Below are positions 44,435 to 55,100 of a stretch of DNA of 64,000 nucleotides, one piece after another. The position numbers and the translations under genes were made by a program. The notes under the pieces were generated by a model. It was not told the DNA's origin. It ran no database searches and was given only the letters and a program-made list of their open reading frames with translations. Position 1 is the first letter of the stretch, and every line of letters starts with the position of its first letter. Origin of the DNA: Candidatus Omnitrophota bacterium (lineage in GTDB: Bacteria > Omnitrophota > Gorgyraeia > Tantalellales > Tantalellaceae); the NCBI GenBank assembly GCA_049643885.1, contig JBARQV010000027.1, positions 3,294 through 67,293 of the forward strand. The letters are read 5' to 3'.

Positions 44435-47400
44435 TTATATAAGGCCCCTTGCTACCAATACCTCCAGAGCGCCATTCCGGATATGATCATCTTTCATCAA
44501 TTTTTTAAGTCCCGCGCCTGTCAATCCCTGCTCAAGTTCGTCCATGTTCTCAAAGGGTATCCGCAGGACGTCGCTGCCTTTTTGCATATCGATATGGATA
44601 TGGGGCCTATCCACGACACTAAGACTTTCTCTGGCTTTTATAATGACGTTTGTTTCCTGCCCGGCAACTTTTGTCTTGATGGTCGGGATGTTCGTTCTTG
44701 CTTTTCCGCTATCTTTTATTGAATCCACAACGGCCTTGTCGGATTCGGAGAGGGCATCATAGGCCTTGCTGGTTTTTTTAATATTCTCTGATTTTGAACC
44801 GGCCTTGGAAGCATCTGATGCATCGTCCGCTTTATCCGCGGCTTTTGCCGTGTCAGCCGCGTCTTCCGCCTTATCCGCGGCTTTCGCGGCGTCAGCTGCA
44901 TCTTCTGCTTTCGCTGCCGCTTTCGCGGCGTCAGCTGCATCTTCTGCTTTCGCCGCAGCTTTAGCAGCATCCGCCGCCTCGTCTGCTTTAGACAGAGCTT
45001 TGACCGCATCTACTACCTCGTCGGCCTTCGAAGCGCCCCTTACGATCCCTCCATTGATAAAGATCCCGACAACAGGTAAGGCCGCGACGAAAGATATTGC
45101 TCTTTGCCAAAGCGGCAGGTCCTTTTCTCCGGTAATGGGATCTTCCCCGAAAAGGGCAGCCTGCATGTCTTGGCCATCGCCCACGCCCGGAACAAAACCC
45201 GTTCCGGCGCTTCCAAGTATTTTTTGTTCGTCGGGGACAAGCCATCTTGCTAATGCATTATATGCAGGGTAGGCGATGGCCCCGAAAATTGCGGACCCGC
45301 CGAAGCATATTGCGCCTGGCCAGCCCCCGGCGGCAAGAAAGCCGGTACATACAGGGGTCATTGTGGCTGTCATGCCGACTGAGCCGCTGATCGCTTCTTT
45401 TGCCAAAGGCGAGAGTTCGCTGTCGCTTCTAAGATGATCACAGGCTTCCGGGACATAAGTGCTATGGGTATCGCAGTTCAGTGTATTCATATCGGGTATT
45501 ATGCCCTCAGCCTGAAGATCTCCAGGGTCGATCTCGATATCTATGTTATCAGCCTGGGATTCTACATAAAAATCATCTAAATTAAGATCTGATAGAGGGA
45601 ATGATCCATCAAGCGTGCATACAGCCAGGTCCGGTTCGATCGTATCCGGCGCTGCGCTTACGCCCGGCAAAAGGCCCAAGCCCGGGGAAGAGACCAGCTC
45701 TACATATCTATTAAATACGTTTCCGATGCCGCTGAAAGTCTCCGAGGCGGAATTTTTCATTTCGTCCAGCTTGTTCGAAGCGTAGTCTTTAAATTCTTCA
45801 AATTTATTTAAAACAGTTTCTTTGGCGGATTCAGCCTTGTCCGAAATAAATTCTCTTGCGGCTTCGGCCTTGTCGGAGATGAATATATTGGCGGCCTCGA
45901 CCTTGTTGGCGACATAAGCATTGGCTTGATCGATCTTGTTGAAGATGAAGGTTTTGGCCTGCTCGGCCTTTTCCGAAACTACGGTTTTGGCCTGCTCAAC
46001 TTTCTCCGAAACGTAATTAACTACGGCATCTTTGACAGTAGTGACTTTATCCTTTGCTTTTTCAGCGGCGTTTGCGAGGGCATCTTTCGCCTTGGAAGCT
46101 GCTTCGCTGACAGCATTTACTACTTTTGCGGCAGTGTTCTTGACGGAATTACTTACGCTCGAGACCGCTCTACTGACAGTATTCTTAGCGCTCGAAACGG
46201 CCTTGCTCACGGTTTTTGAGACGGTTTTAACCGCGCTTGATACGGCTTTGCTTACTGTTTTAGCCGCGCTTGATACGGTCTTGCTCACGGTCTTTGCAGC
46301 CGTGCTTACGGCCTTGGAGACGCTTTTGGCAACGCTTTTAGCGGCGCTGCTTACTTTGCTGACAGCTCTGCTGACAGCGCTTCTTATGCTACTGAAAAGG
46401 CCGGCGCCGAAAATATTTTTCATTTCACTTTCGCTTAAGGCGGCGCCGCCTTCCACGGCGCTGAGCAGAAGGGCATTGCCGGTAAAAAATTGACCGAAGT
46501 CTTGCAGGCTTGCCACCTGGTCGCTTCCGGGAGCGGGGTCAAAATATGTAACTTGTCCGTCCTCTATCTTTTTGACGAGGACGTAATGGTTGCCGTTGAC
46601 GTGGGCGATAAAGGGGGAGTTTGTGTTTTCAAGAGCGCCTTCGGATATGTTTTGCCCGTGCAAGGTCACGCCGTTCGCTTCCGCTGCCTGTTTAAGGGCG
46701 AACAGGGAAAGTTTAAGCTCGCCTGTCGTGTCTTTATTGATAGCGCCGCTGAAGATATCGCTGAGGATCGCCTCTTCGGCGAGCGTGCTTCCGGATACGC
46801 TTTTTCCGATCTGTTCGAATAATCCGCCCAGGGCTATTATGCCGCACGAGACCAGCGGGAGAGGGAGGGTCGTAAGATAACTCATGGCTCCCTTTATAGA
46901 CTCGCTGACGAAGCTTTTATCCTGGAGGCGCATTACGATGTTCAGGAGAAGGTTGCCTTGCGATCCCTGTTCGACGTCGCCGGGATCTATCGCTGAATCT
47001 TCCGCGTCCAGTTTCTGGTCTTCCGTGGCCTTAAGATTTTTATCACTTATTCGTTTAAGTATCTCAAAGAGTCTTATCGCGGGCATCTTGGCTCTTGAGA
47101 TGATATCGACAAAAGCATTGAGCATCTTTTCGGTCGGTTCTTTCCCGAAGACCTTGCTGTAGCTTTCTCTCAGTGAGCGCCTGACGGTCTCCGTCCTGTT
47201 TATTTCGTCTAAAACTGTTCTGCCGTCAGCCAGAATGGCGCCGTCGCTTATCGCGAGAAGAATATCATTGATCTGGTCTTCGGTCAGGACGACGGTTTGC
47301 CCGCCGGTTTCGTGAAAAATCCCGACTTGGTCCTCCTGTTGTATGGTGAGGGATGGTTCCAGTATGATCGCTAACAGGGCGGATTGGAGCTTTTTATCCT

Positions 47401-48688
47401 GATCTTTAAGGGAGCTGATGAGACCGCTCATGGATTCAAGAGCTTCTTCGTAGAGACTTTTAGTCACTCTTTCGTTCTCAACGGCCGCTTTGAAATCCTG
47501 AAGCTTCTCGTTCGTTCCCGATTCCTCCAGTGCCTGTTCGACGCTGGTAAACGCAAGGCCTAACAATGTTTCAATGTCGGCTTTTTTAAAATTGAGCCTG
47601 TCCAGCGATTCCTCCAGCGAGCTCATCATGCTGTCGAGATAATCGTAACGCGAAGTTTCCGCGGCGATCTCTTCGTCAAGCGTGTCTATTTCAAGTTCCA
47701 AAAGTTTTATTGTTTCATAGTCGGACAAGAGATCGGTCTCACATTGGGTTATCTCGGCTTCCGCGGCGTCTATGGCGCTCAGTTTGTTTTCATACGCGGA
47801 TAACGCGATCTGGTACGCTGTCTGGGCAGCGGTGTATTCCGGCATGAAGGAGTCGTAAGCGGCAAGCTTATCGTTATAAAGTATCTGCAGCGCGGCATAT
47901 TCGGATTCTTTTTGCGCTTTTTCTACCGGATCCTCCGTCGCTTCGATCTCTTCCAGTTTTGTGTCGAGGCCGCTTTGAATAACATCAAGCTCGGCCTCCA
48001 TGGCTTCTTTCTGAAAAGTTTTTTCATCGAGCAGGGCTTCGGCGGCGTCCAGGTCGTTTTTGCGGACGGCCTTTTCATCATTCAGCTGGGACAAAACGGT
48101 TTCAAGGTCGTTTATATCCGATTCAAGGGCCGTTGCTTCCGACAGTTTGCTTTGGACGGAAGAACTTTTTGAAGCCACCCTGTTTTCCAGTTCCTGGATG
48201 GATGTCTGTGTTTCTTCCTTGTCCTGTTCGACGTCGTTAAGCTTCTGTTCGACGCTTCCGATCTGAAGGTTTATGCTGTTGAGCGAAGAGGTCAGGTAGT
48301 CCAGCTGGTTGAAATAGTCCTCGAGAAGCGCTCTCTGATTGACAAAATCCTGCCAGGCGGCTTCTTTTTCGGCGACGCTTGAGATGTATTCGTTTTCCAG
48401 CTGCTTAAGGACAGTGAAATCCAGAGGGTTGATAAGACCATAAAGGAAAGCGATTATCTCTTCTTCCGTCTGCAGGGGAGTGCCGGTTGAGACGTTATGT
48501 TGTTCGATAAGCGTGTTTTTTATGTCGGAAAATCTTTGCAGCTGTTCCGGGGCGAGATACTGGCTCTGGTCCTGATTTTCGTTGAAGGGTATGTATTGCT
48601 GGTCCTGGGGCCACCCAGTCTGGGTGATAAAAAAGATCAAGGCTACCGCTACCGAAATTACTTGAAAAAGAGGTTTTTTGGTTCTCAT
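44435..48688 (-). CDS. large secreted coiled-coil protein with a papain-like C39-family peptidase-like domain, two 11-residue amphipathic repeat arrays, a Cys/Gly-rich hydrophobic region and a (DAAKAAAKAEDAA)n tract
   Basis: Signal peptide MRTKKPLFQVISVAVALIFFITQTGWPQ (start at 48688 preferred over 48715). About 550 aa of heptad-rich coiled coil. C39-like catalytic Cys motif PLVSCGIIALGGL...IG and His motif NGNHYVLVKKIEDGQVTYFDP. 11-mer repeats (VSKAVSTAAKT / VSKTVSSAAKT ... and SEKVEQAKTVV / SEKAEQAKTFI / ANKVEAANIFI / SDKAEAAREFI ...). Confidence 0.6.
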   Translation of the reverse strand: MRTKKPLFQVISVAVALIFFITQTGWPQDQQYIPFNENQDQSQYLAPEQLQRFSDIKNTLIEQHNVSTGTPLQTEEEIIAFLYGLINPLDFTVLKQLENEYISSVAEKEAAWQDFVNQRALLEDYFNQLDYLTSSLNSINLQIGSVEQKLNDVEQDKEETQTSIQELENRVASKSSSVQSKLSEATALESDINDLETVLSQLNDEKAVRKNDLDAAEALLDEKTFQKEAMEAELDVIQSGLDTKLEEIEATEDPVEKAQKESEYAALQILYNDKLAAYDSFMPEYTAAQTAYQIALSAYENKLSAIDAAEAEITQCETDLLSDYETIKLLELEIDTLDEEIAAETSRYDYLDSMMSSLEESLDRLNFKKADIETLLGLAFTSVEQALEESGTNEKLQDFKAAVENERVTKSLYEEALESMSGLISSLKDQDKKLQSALLAIILEPSLTIQQEDQVGIFHETGGQTVVLTEDQINDILLAISDGAILADGRTVLDEINRTETVRRSLRESYSKVFGKEPTEKMLNAFVDIISRAKMPAIRLFEILKRISDKNLKATEDQKLDAEDSAIDPGDVEQGSQGNLLLNIVMRLQDKSFVSESIKGAMSYLTTLPLPLVSCGIIALGGLFEQIGKSVSGSTLAEEAILSDIFSGAINKDTTGELKLSLFALKQAAEANGVTLHGQNISEGALENTNSPFIAHVNGNHYVLVKKIEDGQVTYFDPAPGSDQVASLQDFGQFFTGNALLLSAVEGGAALSESEMKNIFGAGLFSSIRSAVSRAVSKVSSAAKSVAKSVSKAVSTAAKTVSKTVSSAAKTVSKAVSSAVKTVSKTVSKAVSSAKNTVSRAVSSVSNSVKNTAAKVVNAVSEAASKAKDALANAAEKAKDKVTTVKDAVVNYVSEKVEQAKTVVSEKAEQAKTFIFNKIDQANAYVANKVEAANIFISDKAEAAREFISDKAESAKETVLNKFEEFKDYASNKLDEMKNSASETFSGIGNVFNRYVELVSSPGLGLLPGVSAAPDTIEPDLAVCTLDGSFPLSDLNLDDFYVESQADNIDIEIDPGDLQAEGIIPDMNTLNCDTHSTYVPEACDHLRSDSELSPLAKEAISGSVGMTATMTPVCTGFLAAGGWPGAICFGGSAIFGAIAYPAYNALARWLVPDEQKILGSAGTGFVPGVGDGQDMQAALFGEDPITGEKDLPLWQRAISFVAALPVVGIFINGGIVRGASKADEVVDAVKALSKADEAADAAKAAAKAEDAADAAKAAAKAEDAADAAKAADKAEDAADTAKAADKADDASDASKAGSKSENIKKTSKAYDALSESDKAVVDSIKDSGKARTNIPTIKTKVAGQETNVIIKARESLSVVDRPHIHIDMQKGSDVLRIPFENMDELEQGLTGAGLKKLMKDDHIRNGALEVLVARGLI

Positions 48689-48967
48689 CGGAACCTCCTT
48701 TATTTGGCATGCCAAGCGAGACAGGGTTAAAGAAAATAAAGAGCAATTTTATATTGTTAATATATCACTTCTAAGCGGTTTTTGCAATGAGATTTACAAG
48801 AATGCCTTCGGGGCGAGAGACCCAGAAAGGTGTTCTGTGGGGGGGGCGAAGAAGAAAATGTTAAAAAAACAAAAGGCAGTAGAGGTTTTCTTATAATATT
48901 ACTTACCATGTGCTATACTTTAACTGGAGCTACATATACGCGTTCTTTGGGATATTTGTATAAGTAA

Positions 48968-49095
48968 CGATAAAGGCAAACCTTGCGAAAGCAGGGGACG
49001 CAAAGCTCAAGAGCCTAAAGCCGGGAGGCTATGGTAGTCAGTTGCCGAAACCGAGAATCCGTGACCCATAGTCTGTCCAGGCTATGGGTTTTTTA
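48968..49095 (+). promoter_or_regulatory. c-di-GMP-I (GEMM) riboswitch-like leader, copy 2, with terminator expression platform
   Basis: AAAGGCAAACC; P2 CCUUGCG-AAA-GCAGGG, which differs from copy 1 by compensatory changes (C-G to U-A, and U.G to C-G); GGACGCAAAGC; CCUAAAG...CUAUGG. Terminator ACCCAUAG-UCUGUCCAG-GCUAUGGGU-U6 at 49064-49095. Confidence 0.8.
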
Positions 49096-49120
49096 TTTTA
49101 GAGGTAGATAGGTGCCTGAA

Positions 49121-52100
49121 ATGAAAAGCAAAGCCGTAACGACAATCATATTCTCGGTATGTGCAATATTTTTTGCAGGGGTGGCGTGTGTCCATCCTCT
49201 TCCTGAGGTGGACGAAGTCGTTTCCGGCGAAGCCGAAATAAAAATAACCGACTCCCAGACAATGAACATCGATGCGGCAAATCATACGATCATCAATTAC
49301 ACATCGTTTAATATAAATGAAAATGAAAAAGTATACATCAACCTTCCTTCCAGGGACAGCGACATACTCAACAGGGTGACCGGGAAAACCCCAAGTTATA
49401 TTTTAGGCGATCTGTATTGCAACGGTGTCTGCATCCTCGTGAATGCGTCAGGGATCTATGTAGGACAGAACGCGAACATCGACGCGGCGGGTCTTGTTCT
49501 TTCAACTCGGGACATAACCGATTCAGATTTTATTTCCGGGAACTATGTGTTCAAAAAACTTTCCGATGAACAACTTGACATGCTTTTGTTGAACGAGGGA
49601 ACGATAAAGATCCATGACGGCGGTTTTGGTGTCTTGATCGCGGGCGCTGTTGAAAACAGGGGAACAATAATTTGTCCCGCGGGAAAGATCGTCCTGGCGG
49701 GAGGCGACGCGATAAAACTTGATATCGCGGGCAACGGATTAATTTCTGTCGCGATACTTGAAGAGACCGCGTCAAAAATCCTGGATTACGAAGGAAATCC
49801 GATAACGGACCAGATAAAAAATTCCGGGCGCCTGGAAGCGAATGGCGGAACAGTTATTTTAAAAGCGGAAAGTGTCACGGATATTTTTCAGTGCGCGATA
49901 AATCTTGAAGGCTTTGTCATGGCAAACAAAGTGGAAGAGAAAGACGGAAAGATCTGTTTGGTTGCTGATAGCGAAGTAAAACTTAACGCGGAAATGCAAG
50001 CGACACAAATCGAGATATCCGCGGGAAAAATTTCAGGCGCACCTGATCGTGTCCACGCAAAAGGTGATTATCTGAAAGTCGAAGCACCCGAAATAAACAT
50101 TCATTCAGAAGCTATAACAACTCATATTATTGACACCGACAGTGGCATAAATATTAAAGAACTTATTGAAATACCCGAAAGTAATTTAATTAAACTTATA
50201 GGCGAAGATACCGGAGAAGTAACATACATAAAAACACATAACATCACTTTAGAAACTCCCAGGGGCGATGTAAATACCGCGCCTGGCGTGGTCATACCCG
50301 GTAATGAGGTCAAAGTGTCCGCGCGGCGGATAGGCTCGCGCGACAATCCTGTTAATATTGATGCCAACCTCACCTATATTAACAGGATACAAGGCGACAT
50401 CATTGTCTCCGATATGTGGGGACTTGGGTCGACCATCTCTATCAGGGGTCCTGACCCGCACCCGGATAGTTGGGGCGCTGTTGTTTATAACGGCGGTTCT
50501 GACCTCGTTCTTGAAGCGGAAAATGTCGTTCTCTCGGGTAATGAACCTGTCCATTTATATGGAAATATTACCTTCCATAATCTCAGCTGTACCGTTCCGG
50601 GGAAAGAAATATATTTTGAAGCCGGGAAAACCTGCACCATATTGGGCGATCTGAAGATGCAGGGTGCCGATGCTCAGCACATTAAACTGCTCTCGTCCGA
50701 GGAAGGGAGTTACTGGTTTATAGACGCGCGCGGGGGCAGGGACCTTACCTATACCTGGGTCGAAGATTCCTATAATCTTGCCCCCGATGAGGTCATGATG
50801 ACGGAATCCACCAATAGGGGCGGGTGCTTCGGGTGGGATCCAACAGCCACCTGGACGGGGGCTGTGGATAACCTCTGGTCCGAGCCGGGCAACTGGATCG
50901 GTCTTGGCGGAGGGGTTATACCGGGAGCCGGGGATGATGTGGTGTTCGATGTTACCAGCAGCGCTGATTCTACCATAGACCAGGCCTTCACGATCGCTTC
51001 TTTAACGATAGATGCCGCGTATGGGGGGACCATAACACAGAGCGGTAATTTGGCCGTCTCGGGCGATTACGCGCAGTCCGGCGGGACGTTAAGCTGCACG
51101 GATCCGGCGGCACATTCTTTTACGGTCGGCGGGAGCTTCAATCTAACAGGCGGCGCGTTCAACCGCTTCACCGGGACAGGAACAAGCGGCGATCCGTTCT
51201 TAGTTAGGGATATATATGACCTTCAGGCGATAGACCTCCGTTTATACAGCTACTATAGCCTTAATAATAATGTTGATGCCGCCGTTACACAGAGTTGGAA
51301 TTCAGATGGCGCGGGTGGCTATTACGGGTTCAACCCGATAGGGAGCAGTTCCACCTGGTTCAGCGCCGTCTTCGACGGCCGGAACAACACGATATCGAAT
51401 CTTTACATTAACAGGCCTGCCGAGACCCATATCGGCCTGTTTGCCCGCACCCGCGGGGGCGGACAGGGGATACGTAACGTCGGGCTGGTCGGAGGCAGTG
51501 TCACCGGAGGCGACAGGACAGGAAGTCTTGTCGGTTACGTTGAGTATTCCGTAATAGAGAACTGTTATGCTACAACCGATGTGACAGGCACATACCGTAT
51601 GGTTGGAGGACTGGTCGGATCAGCCAGCGGTAATGGCAGGATCACCGGTTCATACGCGGAAGGAACTGTGGCGGGTGCCGGCAGCAATGTCGGGGGGCTG
51701 GTAGGGCAGGCCGGTAATAATTTTACCATCGAGAATTCTTACGCCACGGGTGCTGTAACGAATAGTTCATACAATACCGGTGGTCTGGTAGGTAATGTAA
51801 ATAACTGTACTATTACCGGCTCATATGCCACAGGTGATGTATCGAGCACAGGCAGCGGTGAAGCTACCGGCGGCTTGGTAGGTTATTTTATTTCAGGAAC
51901 CATCACTGATTGCTATGCCACTGGAAATATAATAAGTAATGCTAATCTGAGTGGTGGTCTGGTCGGTTACAGCCAGGGCACGATCAGCGGTTGTTATGCT
52001 ACCGGAGAAGTTACCGGTGCTATGAATGGCGGAGGCCTTGTCGGCGGTGTTTATCCGGGTGGTATTGTTGAGAACTCCTATGCTATGGGCGATATAATAT

Positions 52101-55100
52101 CGACTTCCGTGAATGTAGGGGGGCTTATCGGTTATTCATGGAGCGCGACGGTCAGCAATTGTTATTCCGCGGGGGTGCCGAGCGGAACGTTTAACGTGGG
52201 AGGGTTGATCGGCAGTGACAGCGGCGGTACTTACACGGCCAATTACTGGGACACGCAGACATCGGGGACGACGGATGGAGTGGGAAGTGTAGATCCCGAC
52301 CCGGCGGGCGTAACGGGCAAGACCACGGCCGAGATGAAACAGCAGGCGACGTTCAGCGGATGGGATTTTAGTAATACCTGGATAATAGATGAAGGAAGCT
52401 CATATCCGCTTCTCCAGTGGCAGCTGTATATATGGGACGCGGGCGGCGACGGCACTTCGTGGACGGATCCATTGAACTGGAACAGGGATTCAGGTTATCC
52501 GGATGACGCGGATGACAGGGTATTAATAAATACAGGTAGTGCTACTATAGTGACGCCGTTCGGCGCGTCCTTGACGATAGGATATTTGAACCTTGGAAGC
52601 GGCTTCGCGGGGACGCTGCAGATCGCTAACGCGCTGACGCTGGACAATACCGGCCAGTGGCAGGGAGGCATGGGAATAGCCGCGGGGACTCTTCAGCAGA
52701 ACGCGGACATCGCTATCTCAGGCGATTACGCCCAGTCGGGAGGAACGTTTACCTGCACCACAGGAGATGTCACCATAGGGGGCACTTTTACTCAATCAGC
52801 AGGCGAATTCAACGCTCCGGCAGGGAACCTGTATGTAAAAGGTGATTTCAGCCGCACGGGCGGAACGTTCAACCACAACTCGGGTACAATCATCTTTGAC
52901 GGAACCACCGGCATCTCGGGTTCAAGCACCAATTCCTTTAATAATGTAACGATAACAGGAGCCCTTACCGCGCCTAATGCCAATATGAATGTGGCAGGCG
53001 ACTGGACGAACAGTGGTACTTTTAACGCAGGCACAGGCACGGTGACGTTTAACGGCACCGCATCGGGCAAAGAGATCACAAACGGCACAGGTAATTCGTT
53101 CAATAATGTGCAATTCACCGGGGCCGGCGGGGAGTGGACCCTTCAGGACGACATGGGGGTGACCGGCCAATTCAAAGTAACGGACGGCGTATTTATATCA
53201 GGCACAAATGCAGTGACGCTCCAGGGGGCATCTGCGACATATTTGGCTGCGGATGTAAACAGTGCGAATACAGACTGGACCGGCGGCACATTGATCATAC
53301 TTTCAGATATGGATCAGACACTTCCTTCCAGTGAGACATATAATAATTTGCAGCTCGGCAGGGATGCCGGGACGGGTACTACTGTCTATGACATCTTGGA
53401 TACAGGCAGTACAATAAACGGCACCTGGACGATAGATGCTGACGCCAGGGTTCTTCTTGCCGCAAACGCGACCGGAGTGAACAAGGTATACGACGATACC
53501 ACGGATGCTGCTGTGACGCTTTCTGATAATCGTATGGCCGGTTGGTACGATAATTTTACTACCAGTTATTTCAGCGCTGATTTTAGCGATCAGAACGTGG
53601 GTGTCGGCAAGGCTGTCAGCGTGAATGGTATATCACTTAGCGGGTCAGACGCCGGCAAATATCAGCTCAGTTCGACAACGGCTTCAACAACAGCTGATAT
53701 TACAGCTAAACCCTTGACCATAACCGCGCAGCCCAACACAAAGGTCTACGATGACGGTGTGACCGCGGCGGCAGTGCCTTTGGTCAGCGGCCTTGAAGGA
53801 AACGATACGGTAACCGGACTTAGTGAAGTCTATGACACGCAACACGCGGGGACGGGCAAGACCCTGTCGGTTGACACATACACAGTGAATGACGGTAACA
53901 GCGGCAATAACTACTCGGTAAGTCTGGTAAGCGACACGACCGGCGAGGTTACCACAAGGCCGATAACTGTGACCGCCTTGACGGATACAAAGGTGTGCGA
54001 CGGGACAACAAGTTCGGCCGAAGTGCCTGTGATAACAGTAGGAAGTCTTGCCGGGGATGATACAGCGGACTGGACCCAGACGTTTGATACTATGAAAGCC
54101 GGCACAGACAAAGTGTTAACCCCGTCCGGCACAGTGAACGATGGGAATGGAGGCCTGAATTACGCTGTTACATTTATCACGGATGATACCGGTGTGATCC
54201 TGCCGGCAGCGGTGAGTTATTTGTTATTCATCGATCAACCTCCTGCACATGAGGCGGCTGGGGCAGTTATAACGCCGGCTATAACAGTAAACGCTTATGA
54301 CGGATATGACAACCTCTGCACGAATGACAGTTCCACGGTAATAGACATGGCGATAGACAATAATCCCGGAGGAGGAATACTATCAGGCGATACGGATAAA
54401 GTTCTTGTTAACGGTGTGGCGACATTTAATGATCTAAGCATAGATCAAAAAGGTGTAGGATATACACTGGTAACTTCCTCCGGTGCCGCGCAGCAGGATA
54501 CGTCCAATAGCTTCAATATCGGTATAGCGGTATGGGATGGCAGCGAATCGACAGCTTGGAACACTCCGGGCAACTGGGACATAGGCGACACACCTCCGGC
54601 CAGCTACGATGTGCAGATACCCGTTACCCCGAACGATCCGGTTCTTTCCGGGCCGACTACAGTAGACAACCTGACGATCAATTCCGGGGCTCAGCTTTCA
54701 GCTGGAAGTAACACCCTTACTGTTAACGGTAACTGGACAAATAACGGCACTTTCGATGCCGGCGCTTCCACCGTGATCTTCAGCGGCGGCGGGGACGCTG
54801 TTATTTCAGGATCCAATACCTTCAATAATTTACGATCCCCGGCAGGCGCGAAGCAAAGTCTTACGTTTGAAAACGGAGAGACCCAGATTATAGAGGGCAC
54901 CTTGTTCTTAAGGGGAATTGGAGAAAGCGACCTGCTGATCCTGCAAAGCGGAACGCCGGGGCAGGAGTGGTTCATAGAAAATCCAAGCGATAATAATGAT
55001 ATGGAATTCCTGGATGTGAGAGATTCCCATAACCTGGGCAGTCTCTTGATCGCTCCGGGCAGTACTCTTACTGATTGTATCGGCTGGGCGACAGCTCCGC

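Noticed and set aside
44766-46493. Plus-strand ORFs (AAFAASAASSA..., LTALLTAL...) inside the 44435-48688 minus-strand gene
   Set aside because: These are shadow ORFs generated by the low-complexity Ala/Lys/Ser repeat DNA of the real minus-strand gene.
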